Assembly: GCA_963765495.1 (NCBI GenBank)
Contig: CAVXWP010000007.1
Location: 791,650-855,649 of the forward strand
From: Blastocatellia bacterium
Lineage (GTDB): Bacteria > Acidobacteriota > Blastocatellia > UBA7656
Length of the DNA stretch: 64,000 nucleotides
Direction: 5' to 3'
Shown: in pieces, positions 38,227-47,170 of the stretch
Layout: the number at the start of each line of letters is the position of its first letter
How positions within the stretch are numbered: position 1 is the first letter of the stretch
Made by a program: the position numbers and the translations under genes
Notes under the pieces: model-generated
Seen by the model: only the letters and a program-made list of their open reading frames with translations
Told to the model about the DNA's origin: nothing
Databases searched by the model: none

Positions 38227-39183
38227 TTACGGCGCTTTTAACACAGTCGAAGCGAAGCAACGGCCACAGGCTGTATAGCCGTCGGATTTTGCCTTTGACA
38301 GAGGGATAGAGGTCTTTTTCTTATCAAGATAGTCGCAACCGGATTTGTGATACATTCGGTCAGCCGACGAGACAAAAACCATAGGCTCAGACGGCGCGCT
38401 CGTCGTCGGGATGGCGGGAACATTTGGGCCAAGCTCAGACGGCATCATCGGTTGTAGCTTTCTCGATTTTGTTTCGTCGGGCGCAGGGCTGGTTGCCGCC
38501 GGTTGCGTCGAAGCCGTTGTAGAGGCGGCTCCGCCAAGTCCCCATACTCCGCGCATGCCCTGCATCGCGTCGCGCTCCATTGCGCGAAAATCTTCTACTG
38601 CCTGAAATTGATCGGCGACCTTAACAAAGGCATGCCCCAGTTTTATCATCTCGGCGTTAAAAAGAGTGCCGTCCCGCGTGTAGACATAAGCAAGCGTTTG
38701 CCCGGATTCATTCTTGTTGCCGGAAGCCGAAGTCACAGGGTCAAATTGAAGTCTGACCTCTTTGCCTTCGAGCGAACTCTTTGTAAAAGCCAGGGCGCTT
38801 GCTCCGTGCGCGGCGTAGATTTCGGTCGGAGTCTTACCGTCAGGGGTTTCAATCCCTATCATACGGACCTGCCCTATACCCTCGACCTCTATCGTATCGG
38901 CGCGCAGCACACTGGTTACGCGCAGGAAATCGGTTGATTCGGGCTGAGAAGCGGTGGGAACGGCAGGAATTGCCGTCTGCTTCGTCCTTTCGGCCGAGGC
39001 CAGAGATGAGGCGGCTGCGGCCTCTCGTCCGGTCATGTATCTGGCGACCGCAAATCCGAAGGCGAAGCCCGCCACAAGCGCCAGCCCTATGTAAACAATG
39101 ACATGGCGCTGGTCGATGCCAACCTGCCAGCGAGGTGTCTCCCACTCGTTTTGCTCGATCTGCTGTTCCTTGAACTCCAACAT
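38227..39183 (-). CDS. Membrane-anchored thermonuclease (SNase)-fold protein with C-terminal Ada-like Zn motif
   Basis: TM anchor; VRMIGIETP, TLAYVY, FNAEMIKLGHA, GVWG; YHKSGC...GYTACGRC. Confidence 0.85.
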   Translation of the reverse strand: MLEFKEQQIEQNEWETPRWQVGIDQRHVIVYIGLALVAGFAFGFAVARYMTGREAAAASSLASAERTKQTAIPAVPTASQPESTDFLRVTSVLRADTIEVEGIGQVRMIGIETPDGKTPTEIYAAHGASALAFTKSSLEGKEVRLQFDPVTSASGNKNESGQTLAYVYTRDGTLFNAEMIKLGHAFVKVADQFQAVEDFRAMERDAMQGMRGVWGLGGAASTTASTQPAATSPAPDETKSRKLQPMMPSELGPNVPAIPTTSAPSEPMVFVSSADRMYHKSGCDYLDKKKTSIPLSKAKSDGYTACGRCFASTVLKAP

Positions 39184-39662
39184 AATTTGTATCCGTTCGG
39201 GCCGGGCCCGGGCCTTTTAATCAAGTAGAAAATCCATCTCTTGCCTGTGGCAGGAAACTTCTCTGTTGGGAAAAACTCACGGCTGAAATTGTCTCACCAG
39301 CCGGCCAATGAGTCAATATCAAACCCCTCACGGGATGGTCTGATTCCAGCGCGTGCGGGGCGGTCTGGCTCTTTCCAGAGCAGGAGAATTAAAAAAATAG
39401 AAATATCCTTAGAAAAAAGGCGATTTTTCTTGATTAAAAGGTTGCAAGTTGCCCGGCTGGTGTAGTAATCTTCGCGTCGCGGATAACCCCCTGTTTTGCT
39501 GGCTCGAAAAGGGCGGCTAAAGCAGGGGCATCTTTTTGAGAGGCGATTAAACGAGCATCTTGATGACTAATCGAATAGAGTACTCGTCATTCGCCTGACA
39601 GATTCTTATTGAATGTGCAGAAGCACAAGAGATCACAAAATTAAGGAGAGTAACGCAAGAAT

Positions 39663-39983
39663 ATGGCAACAGCAAAAGCAGGAAAAGCAACAAAGAAAAT
39701 GACGAAAACGCAGTTGGCGGCAGAGCTTGCCGATACGACCGGCACAAATAAGAAGACGGCAGCGCAGTTCCTTGATTCCTTATGCGATATCGCTTACCGC
39801 GAGGCTAGAAAGAACGGCGAGTTTACGATTCCGGGCATCGGTAAACTGGTTAAACAACAACGCGCAGCTCGCACGGGACGCAATCCTAAAACGGGTGAGC
39901 CTATGAAGATACCAGCCAAGACCGTCGTGAAGTTCCGCATGGCGAAGGCTGCAAAGGAAGCCGTCCTGCCTGTCAAGAAGTAG
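39663..39983 (+). CDS. hup: HU-family DNA-binding protein
   Basis: MTKTQL...FTIPGIGKL...RAARTGRNPKTGEPMKIPAK.VVKF; AAGGAG upstream. Confidence 0.93.
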   Translation: MATAKAGKATKKMTKTQLAAELADTTGTNKKTAAQFLDSLCDIAYREARKNGEFTIPGIGKLVKQQRAARTGRNPKTGEPMKIPAKTVVKFRMAKAAKEAVLPVKK

Positions 39984-40075
39984 GTTCGGCCAAATAGGTC
40001 TGTCAGACGCGCTCAATCAGCCAGAAAAACGGCGAGCGCCGGCAGACAAAAGGGAAACAGTTATTATTGATGTGT

Positions 40076-40140
40076 CGCGGTGATCCGCACTGTTCAAGTA
40101 CGGTCCAATTCACCCGATCAATAATTACCCGATCACCGCG
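40076..40140. repeat. Degenerate inverted repeat (CGCGGTGATC / GATCACCGCG)
   Basis: 10-bp perfect inverted ends with an internal ACCCGATCA duplication. Confidence 0.5.
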
Positions 40141-40156
40141 ATGCTTTAATCTCAAG

Positions 40157-40196
40157 AGCCGGCGCAGTCGTGATTCTGTGCCGGCTTCAATTTTTT
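40157..40196 (+). terminator. Probable intrinsic terminator between convergent hup and GT2
   Basis: AGCCGGCGCAG-loop-CTGTGCCGGCT followed by TCAATTTTTT. Confidence 0.6.
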
Positions 40197-40217
40197 GAGA
40201 TTATCTTTTAGAGCTTA

Positions 40218-40946
40218 TCAGTCTGTGACTCGCTCATGAGATCTCGTCTTCGCGCGTCTTTCCATCAAGGCTACTTTCAAAATAGTCCAGATGATACGCA
40301 CACCGGCGCGCAGGGAACCGCTCACGGTACCCGCAACTTTTGATTCACCCGCAGCGCGGTTGCGCCAGTTGACCGGCACTTCCAGGATGCGCAACCCCCG
40401 AGCCGCCGCCTTGGTTTGCATCTCTATCGACCATCCGTAGGTCATCTCGCGCATATTCATGTCTTCAAGCGTCGAGCGCTTTATCGCGCGAAATGGGCCC
40501 ATATCCGTATATCGCACGCCATAAATCAGGCGAATCATCGAAGTAGCCAGCCACGAGCCGAAGACCTGCGCCGGGGTCAGCGAATCTTTCTCGCGGCTCC
40601 CGAGCAGACGCGAGCCCAGCACGAAGTCATAGCCCTGCTCGATTATCGGAGCCAGAAGAAGCGGCATCTGAGCCGGGTCATCTGAAAGATCGGCATCCAT
40701 TTGAACTATGATATCGGAATCCTCCGATACGTTTAATACCCCGCTATGGCAGGCCCGTCCGTACCCCCTCACTGGTTCGACCACTACGATAGCGCCTGCG
40801 CGCCGGGCCTCATCCGCCGTGCGGTCGGAAGAGCCGTTGTCAACAACTATAATTTCCGAAACCACATTTTTCGGTATCGCCCGAATGGTTTGAGCGATGA
40901 CCTTTTCTTCGTTAAGCGCGGGGATGACGACCGATATTTTTGGCAT
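40218..40946 (-). CDS. Glycosyltransferase family 2 (DPM-synthase-like)
   Basis: SVVIPALNEE, VVDNGSSD, MDADLSDDP, TDMGPFRAI, TYGWSIEMQ. Confidence 0.9.
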   Translation of the reverse strand: MPKISVVIPALNEEKVIAQTIRAIPKNVVSEIIVVDNGSSDRTADEARRAGAIVVVEPVRGYGRACHSGVLNVSEDSDIIVQMDADLSDDPAQMPLLLAPIIEQGYDFVLGSRLLGSREKDSLTPAQVFGSWLATSMIRLIYGVRYTDMGPFRAIKRSTLEDMNMREMTYGWSIEMQTKAAARGLRILEVPVNWRNRAAGESKVAGTVSGSLRAGVRIIWTILKVALMERRAKTRSHERVTD

Positions 40947-41024
40947 TTGAGAAGCTCGAAATAGAGCGGGTGATATTACTATCAGGCGGACAGCCTTTCA
41001 AGCGGAAGAGAGTGGGAAATTTTG

Positions 41025-41122
41025 TGGCGGAGGCGTGTGGGAATCGAACCCACCCAGGCCGCCTCTCGACGACCCGCAACGGGTTTGAAGCCCGCGAGAA
41101 CCACCAGGCCCCCTGCGCCTCC
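41025..41122 (-). tRNA. selC: tRNA-Sec (anticodon UCA)
   Basis: GGAGGCGC...GCGGG-CTTCAAA-CCCGT, long variable arm, GTGGG-TTCGATT-CCCAC, ends ACGCCTCC-GCCA; 98 nt; TTGACA-18 bp-TAGTGT upstream. Confidence 0.93.
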
Positions 41123-41198
41123 ACTCGGCTTGAACACTAAAGTAAGCTCAAACAGAGTGTCAAGCTGACAGTATTTGCATGCCAAAAAAATACCCGGT

Positions 41199-41600
41199 TC
41201 ATTTTGATTTGGCGCTAACTCTTTTCAGGAAGCGGGCCATATCGACACATGCGCGCCTGTGTGTCCCTTCTCCGATCTTCTCTACGCCGTCGTGCGCCTC
41301 TACGGTGAAAGTTACCGTGTTTTCGCCCACTTCTATAACCTCGGCCCGGGCCGTAACCGTAAGTCCTGTGGGTGTGGCCGCAAGGTGCCTGACGTTGACC
41401 TCAACTCCAACTGAAACCCAGCCTTCGGGAAGATACGGCTCTATTGAATCGGCGGCTGCCACCTCCATCAGATAGATCATTATCGGAGTGCCGTAAACCG
41501 CCGGCATATTTTCGTGAAACCAGTTGACGGTTGTCTCTTTTGTGACCTGCATCGTCTTTGTTGCCGAAACGCCTGTCGCTATATTTGCCGTCGCCTTCAT
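41199..41600 (-). CDS. Hot-dog fold thioesterase (FlK/fluoroacetyl-CoA thioesterase-like)
   Basis: VYGTPIMIYLMEVAA, SVGVEVNVRHLAATP, IGEGTHRR. Confidence 0.87.
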   Translation of the reverse strand: MKATANIATGVSATKTMQVTKETTVNWFHENMPAVYGTPIMIYLMEVAAADSIEPYLPEGWVSVGVEVNVRHLAATPTGLTVTARAEVIEVGENTVTFTVEAHDGVEKIGEGTHRRACVDMARFLKRVSAKSK

Positions 41601-41781
41601 CTATGTACCTCGGAGCGGGTTTCCAAAACCGGAGGCTCACATTCTACCCCGTCCGCCTTTGCTTAGACCAGGAGACATTCAACAACACCACTGTAGCCAC
41701 TTTGCAACACTCTTTGGTTGCGGGAAGACTGGAAGGCCTTTCTTTTTGCAAAAAACGGCTGTCGAAGCTTATCATAAGGTG

Positions 41782-41796
41782 TGGCACGCCCATTGC
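41782..41796 (+). promoter_or_regulatory. Sigma54 promoter of lpxC
   Basis: TGGCAC-GCCCA-TTGC, a perfect -24/-12; TGTAGC...GCAACA dyad at 41692-41709 is a candidate enhancer. Confidence 0.78.
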
Positions 41797-41846
41797 CCTG
41801 ATAACAATTTGCAGGACGTTGCCATCTCAAGAATGGAGACATTTCT

Positions 41847-42722
41847 TTGATTCGACAGACTACGCTCGCCAGGGCGGTTTCAACCAGAGGGCACGGGTTA
41901 CATACGGGAGAGCCAGTAAGTATCACGCTAAATCCTGCGCCAGCCTACACTGGATATGTTTTCCGCCGAACCGATCTCAACGATTTCGAGATTCCCGCAG
42001 CGCCGCAATACGTAGCCCGCGTCAGCTATGCAACCACCTTGATGAGGCAGGGTGTGATGATTGCCACCGTGGAGCATCTGCTGGCCGCGCTTGTGGGTAC
42101 ACATATAGACAACTGCATAATCGAGATTGATTCGCTCGAAGTTCCTATACTCGACGGCAGCGCCGAGCCTTTCATCGAAATGATAGAGAACGCAGGCACA
42201 GCACCTCTCGAAGCGCCTCGCCAGTTTCTCAGAGTCCTCAAAGACGTAGAGGTCCGGGACGGCAACCGGCTGATGAAGGTCAGCCCCGCGTCGAAATTTT
42301 CCATTTCCTGTATGGTGGAATATTCACATCCGATCATAGGAAAGCAGCGGCACTCGATTGAAATCACCGACGGTCAGTTCTCACGTCAGGTAGCCCCGGC
42401 GCGCACTTTCGGGTTTCTAAACGAGTTTGAAGCGCTCAGAGATTCCGGTCTCATCCGTGGCGGCTCGCTCGATAACGCCATAGTGCTGACGCCTGAGGGC
42501 GGCATTATGAATCACGAAGGTTTGCGATTTGCCGATGAGTTCGTGCGGCATAAAATCATAGACATAATCGGCGACCTCGCTTTGTTTGGCATGCCGGTGC
42601 TGGGCCATTTCGAAGCCGAACGCACCGGACATGGAGTGCATACGGCGCTTGTCTCTCGCGTCTTGCGCGACGATGCGGCCTGGGAGATCACGGATTCCCC
42701 GATTATGGCCCGCGCGGTCTGA
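41847..42722 (+). CDS. lpxC: UDP-3-O-acyl-N-acetylglucosamine deacetylase
   Basis: RQTTL, GHGLHTG, TVEHLLAAL, EVPILDGSA, ARTFGF, GGSLDNAIV, RHKIID, GH; TTG start with GGAG RBS. Confidence 0.96.
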   Translation: MIRQTTLARAVSTRGHGLHTGEPVSITLNPAPAYTGYVFRRTDLNDFEIPAAPQYVARVSYATTLMRQGVMIATVEHLLAALVGTHIDNCIIEIDSLEVPILDGSAEPFIEMIENAGTAPLEAPRQFLRVLKDVEVRDGNRLMKVSPASKFSISCMVEYSHPIIGKQRHSIEITDGQFSRQVAPARTFGFLNEFEALRDSGLIRGGSLDNAIVLTPEGGIMNHEGLRFADEFVRHKIIDIIGDLALFGMPVLGHFEAERTGHGVHTALVSRVLRDDAAWEITDSPIMARAV

Positions 42723-42811
42723 AAGCCGGAAGGGCCAAAAATCTTCGGAGCCGATTGGTTTATCAGTAATCAGGCAATCACTAAAGAAAACCGGGCTAAC
42801 TGTTAGAAATT

Positions 42812-42874
42812 TTCTGCGTTTAATGCGTCTTTGCGAGAACCCGTAGCTCGCAAAGCTGCAAAGTACGCAATGAA
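42812..42874. repeat. REP-like palindrome (CTTTGCG/CGCAAAG family)
   Basis: TGCGTTTAATGCGTCTTTGCGAG-AACCCGTAG-CTCGCAAAGCTGCAAAGTACGCA. Confidence 0.7.
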
Positions 42875-43005
42875 TCTCCCGAAACCTGAATCTCCCTTAT
42901 AAAACTTTGTCACAAACAGCGTTCCGCATCATTTTTTCTGTCCACTTGCCCTGAGCGTATGCTAACATTTGTCCTCAATTTGGGCAGCACAGGTGTATTG
43001 AGGGG

Positions 43006-44268
43006 ATGGATAAATTTAGAATCAGAGGCGGGCGACCGCTTGAAGGTCGCGTACAAATAAGCGGAGCGAAGAATTCCGCGCTTCCTTGTATGGCTGCGGC
43101 GTTGCTTACGTCCGAGACCGTAATACTTCACAACCTGCCCTATGTGCGCGACATCATCACGATGCGCCGATTACTTGAAGACCTGGGCTCGACCGTGCTG
43201 ATGCCTGAACTCCGCACGCTTAAGATTACGGCCTCTGGCATAGAGATATTCGAAGCGCCCTACGATCTGGTAAAGACCATGCGCGCATCGGTTCTTGCGC
43301 TCGGGCCTTTGCTTGCGAGATTTGGCGAAGCGCGTGTCTCGATGCCTGGAGGGTGCGCGATAGGACAGCGCCCCATCGATCTTCACCTCGCAGGATTTGA
43401 AAAGCTTGGAGCCGAAATCACGCTCGAAGGCGGCGACGTGGTTGCGCGCGCGAAACGATTACAGGGGCGCGACATATATTTCGATAAAGTGACGGTCACC
43501 GGGACTGAAAACCTGATGATGGCCGCTGCGCTCGGCCAAGGCCAGACCGTTTTGAACAATGTAGCCCGCGAGCCTGAAATCACCGATCTTGCTGAACTCT
43601 TAAATAAGATGGGCGCGCGTATCGAGGGCGCGGGCACAAGCACTATCACCATCGAGGGCGTTGAGAAACTCGGCGGCGCAGAGCATACGATCATACCCGA
43701 CCGCATAGAGACAGGCACCTTTGTGGCTGCCGCGGCCATCACTCGGGGCTCGCTCGATATCGTAAACTGCTGCCCTCAACATCTGACCGTTGTGCTGGAT
43801 AAGTTCCGCGAGACGGGTGTCGAGATCAACCAGCCAAACGCCTTTTCACTGCGCGTGCAGGCCGACGGCGACCTCCGTTCTTCGGATGTGACCACGCTCC
43901 CTTACCCGGGGTTTCCTACAGATATGCAGGCGCAATACATGGCCTTGATGTCGCTTGCGAAGGGGATGTCGATCATCACCGAAACCATATTCGAAAACCG
44001 CTTTATGCACGCAGCGGAACTCACCCGTATGGGCGCGCATATACGGATAAGCGGGCATCAGGCGGTGGTCGAAGGAAACGGCGATTTGATGGGAGCGCAA
44101 TTGCTGGCCTCCGACCTGCGCGCCTCGGCCTCGCTTGTCCTTGCGGGACTTGCAGCCAGTGGAGAGACAATCATAGACCGCGTCTATCATATTGATCGCG
44201 GATATGAAAAGATTGAAGAAAAGCTGCGTCTTGTCGGCGCTGATATAGAGAGATTCAGGGAAGAGTAA
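43006..44268 (+). CDS. murA: UDP-N-acetylglucosamine 1-carboxyvinyltransferase
   Basis: ISGAKNSALP, MRAS, PGGCAIGQRPIDLH (active-site Cys retained), PGFPTDMQ, DLRA, HIDRGYE. Confidence 0.97.
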   Translation: MDKFRIRGGRPLEGRVQISGAKNSALPCMAAALLTSETVILHNLPYVRDIITMRRLLEDLGSTVLMPELRTLKITASGIEIFEAPYDLVKTMRASVLALGPLLARFGEARVSMPGGCAIGQRPIDLHLAGFEKLGAEITLEGGDVVARAKRLQGRDIYFDKVTVTGTENLMMAAALGQGQTVLNNVAREPEITDLAELLNKMGARIEGAGTSTITIEGVEKLGGAEHTIIPDRIETGTFVAAAAITRGSLDIVNCCPQHLTVVLDKFRETGVEINQPNAFSLRVQADGDLRSSDVTTLPYPGFPTDMQAQYMALMSLAKGMSIITETIFENRFMHAAELTRMGAHIRISGHQAVVEGNGDLMGAQLLASDLRASASLVLAGLAASGETIIDRVYHIDRGYEKIEEKLRLVGADIERFREE

Positions 44269-44270
44269 AA

Positions 44271-44394
44271 CGTGATACGTGATACGCGAAGAGTGATGCG
44301 TGGCTTTCAGGCCATCACCTTTTGACAGGGTCATAGCTGACTTCATAAGTCACGCATCACGAGTCACTCTTCGCGTATCACGTATCACGCATCA
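44271..44394. repeat. Heptamer-armed element, GTGAT(G/A)C family, copy 2
   Basis: CGTGATACGTGATACGCGAAGAGTGATGCGTGG-CTTTCAGGCCATCACCTTTTGACAGGGTCATAGCTGACTTCATAAG-TCACGCATCAC...CTCTTCGCGTATCACGTATCACG. Confidence 0.9.
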
Positions 44395-44452
44395 ATCTTC
44401 AATTAAGTTTGACTGTGTTGCAGTGCCTAGTTGATAATGTTTCGAGGGAATT

Positions 44453-44815
44453 ATGGAAAATATGCCTGAACAGAGTTGCGCCTTCTGCAACATAGCTGCC
44501 GGTGACCAGCCGGCGGAGTTCGTTTACCGCGACGACCGGATGGTTGCCATCAAAGATGTCAACCCGCAAGCGCCCGTTCATGTGTTGCTCATCCCGCGCG
44601 AGCACAATCTGGAATCGCTAAATGATGCGTCGAAGCTTGACCTGGATTTACTCGGCCATCTGCTGTATGTGGCGGCGAAGGTCGCAAATCAGATGGACAT
44701 AGCTGAGAGCGGTTATCGTGTCGTCATCAATACAGGTGATGCGGCGGGGCAGAGCGTGCCGCACCTTCACGTCCACGTGCTTGGCGGGCGTGAACTGGCC
44801 TGGCCTCCCGGTTGA
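44453..44815 (+). CDS. Histidine triad (HIT/HinT) nucleotide-binding protein
   Basis: CAFC, DVNPQAPVHVLLIP, GQSVPHLHVHVLGGR, C-terminal WPPG. Confidence 0.93.
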   Translation: MENMPEQSCAFCNIAAGDQPAEFVYRDDRMVAIKDVNPQAPVHVLLIPREHNLESLNDASKLDLDLLGHLLYVAAKVANQMDIAESGYRVVINTGDAAGQSVPHLHVHVLGGRELAWPPG

Positions 44816-44844
44816 TGAGTGGCTGATAGGCCAAACGTTCCGAT

Positions 44845-46992
44845 CTATTTCGGCTCTATTATTTCAATGCTCTCGATACGGTCGCCTCGCGCTATTCGGT
44901 TGACCGTATCCATCCCTTCTACGATTTGTCCGAAAACAGTATACCCGCCATCGAGATGCGGCTGCGGCGAGTGCGTGACGAAGAATTGAGAGCCGCCCGT
45001 GTCTTTGCCCGCGAGCGCCATCCCGACTGTCCCCGCAAGATAGGGTCGCGTATTGATTTCATCTCGAATCTGATAGCCCGGTCCTCCATTCTGATCGCCG
45101 CGCGGATCACCTGTCTGTATGACGAAACTCGGCACTACGCGAATAAACTCAAGACCGTTGTAGAAACCCTTGCGCGAGAGCTGCATGAAATTGTCTACTG
45201 TCATCGGCGCGTCCGATGCGAAAAGCTCTATTCGTACCGCGCCTTTTTTTGTGTGTATGATCGCTTGAGGATTTTTGATTGCGTCTGCAAGTAACGCAAT
45301 CCGCCGATAATAATCGCGGTCGTGTCCCGTTTCGACGGCCCCGATTTGCAGAAGACCCGTCGGTCTTTCGTCCGACTGGCGCAATAGCTCAGAGGCGCGC
45401 AGACGCACAACATAATCCTCGTCGCGCGTCTGGCTCGACAGCACCTGAATATTCATCGGATGCTTCAGCTTGTTGGCCGCTTCGAGGATAGCTATTCGCG
45501 CATCGTTCATACGGTCGGCGCGGGCGACCTTGTAGGCTGCTTCGAGCGCCCCGGTCACTTCGTCCGATGCGTCGCCCAGATCGCCAAGCAGCGTAGCCGC
45601 CGTGGTTCGCACGATCACGTCATCTGCCTTCAGGTGCTCGAGCAGGATGTCGCGCAACTTCTCTGTCTTTGCAGCGGCCAAGGCATTCAGGATATCGGAT
45701 ACGGCGCGGGGGTCGGGTTTTGCTGAAAGCAGATCGAGCAATTCCTGTTTCGCTCGCGGCGTAGCAAGTTGTCCGAGCCCCTGCGCATAAGCCGCCACGG
45801 CTCGCCAGTTACCCCTCGGTAAAGCTGCCTCTTCCGGCGCGTCATAAAATGCTTCCTCTCCAAATTTCGCAATGGCCACTTCAACCTCGGGGCTCGAGCC
45901 CGCGTGCCCGTCGGCCAATCTCAGAGTCTTAAGGAGCGGAAGCGCGCGCGCGTCCTTGATGTCGCCGAGCGCGGTGGCGATAAGCAGTAGCAAATTTTGC
46001 TGGGGCGGTAGGCCCTGCTTTTCACGGTCAAAAGAGCGATAAAGCGCCAGCTGGGAGGCGCCCAGTTGGATGAGCGGCTGAACCGCAGAAGCATCCTTGA
46101 TTGCGCCGAGCGAGTTGATCGCATTGGCCACAACGCGCTGGTCCGGGTCGGCCAGCAATTGCGTGAGCGGCGCTATTGCCCGATTGTCCTTTGCAACGCC
46201 GAGCGCGCGCGCGGCGTGCATTCGCACGAGCGGCTCTTTATCACTGACAAGCGAGAGAAGCAACGGGACCGCGCCCGAAATATCTTCGCGGATGCGCGCG
46301 AGCGCATTTGCCGCCTGCCATCTTATATCCGCGTCAGGCGAGCGAAGCTCGGCCGTGATGGCCTCGACCGTCGATGGCTGTTTTAGTCTGAGCAGCGCGG
46401 TGAGCGTCATCGAAGCGATGAGCTTGTCGCCCTCCGATAATGATTCGGTTGCCTGTGGAAGCAGTCTCACGAGAGCGTTTGCTATGCCTGTGACCCCGTA
46501 CTTGCCAAGCGCGTCCATTGAAATCTTGTTTGAGGCAATCTTGCCGAGCGCTTCGGCGGCGCGTGCGCGCACCTCGGGATCACTCTCATTTGTGCCATGA
46601 AGCCTGTCGAGCAGCGCCGATGCCGCGTACTGGCTTTCGATTTCGCCGAGCGAGAAGGCAGCCAGCGCTCGCATCCGTGGATTGCGGTCGTTGTTGAGAA
46701 CATCTATAAGCGGAATGACGGCAGAGGCATAACCGATGTGCCCGAGTGCTATGACTACTCGACGCCGCACGCCCCCGTGTGATGTGTTCAGCATCTCGAT
46801 CAACTCGTTTGGGACGGTTCGCTCATCTTCGTAACGCAGTATTTTGGGATAGAGGACGCGCTGTGTACGGTCGCGCTTCAGCGTCGGTTTCTGATTTGGA
46901 ACAGTGGTCGGCAGTGCCTGTGCCGCCGAGGTTGAGAATAGTATCAGGATAGCGATAGTCGCGCTCACAAAATTATTATTCATCGAAATCAT
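44845..46992 (-). CDS. Exported HEAT-repeat protein with C-terminal cyclophilin-type PPIase
   Basis: Signal peptide; repeated VR..AA.ALG HEAT motifs; GFYNGLEFIRVVPSFVIQTGDP, GSQFFVTH, HLDGGYTVFG. Confidence 0.9.
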   Translation of the reverse strand: MISMNNNFVSATIAILILFSTSAAQALPTTVPNQKPTLKRDRTQRVLYPKILRYEDERTVPNELIEMLNTSHGGVRRRVVIALGHIGYASAVIPLIDVLNNDRNPRMRALAAFSLGEIESQYAASALLDRLHGTNESDPEVRARAAEALGKIASNKISMDALGKYGVTGIANALVRLLPQATESLSEGDKLIASMTLTALLRLKQPSTVEAITAELRSPDADIRWQAANALARIREDISGAVPLLLSLVSDKEPLVRMHAARALGVAKDNRAIAPLTQLLADPDQRVVANAINSLGAIKDASAVQPLIQLGASQLALYRSFDREKQGLPPQQNLLLLIATALGDIKDARALPLLKTLRLADGHAGSSPEVEVAIAKFGEEAFYDAPEEAALPRGNWRAVAAYAQGLGQLATPRAKQELLDLLSAKPDPRAVSDILNALAAAKTEKLRDILLEHLKADDVIVRTTAATLLGDLGDASDEVTGALEAAYKVARADRMNDARIAILEAANKLKHPMNIQVLSSQTRDEDYVVRLRASELLRQSDERPTGLLQIGAVETGHDRDYYRRIALLADAIKNPQAIIHTKKGAVRIELFASDAPMTVDNFMQLSRKGFYNGLEFIRVVPSFVIQTGDPRGDQNGGPGYQIRDEINTRPYLAGTVGMALAGKDTGGSQFFVTHSPQPHLDGGYTVFGQIVEGMDTVNRIARGDRIESIEIIEPK

Positions 46993-47170
46993 TACCGAAT
47001 GAAGGTTAAGAGTCTCTTATGAGACCGAGAGTTCAATAATTACTCTTTGCCGGGCTAATCCCGTCATCAATTGTGATGGGCCGGAAAGATTTTCGCAAGT
47101 ACTGTCGGCTGTGTCCTTTGATCTGCCACGTCAAACTTGACAACCGCGCAGGCTGCGCTAATGTTGCTAC

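Noticed and set aside
40947-41025. selC as the attachment site of an integrated island
   Set aside because: No integrase, no duplicated tRNA 3' end seen, and the flanking genes are housekeeping.
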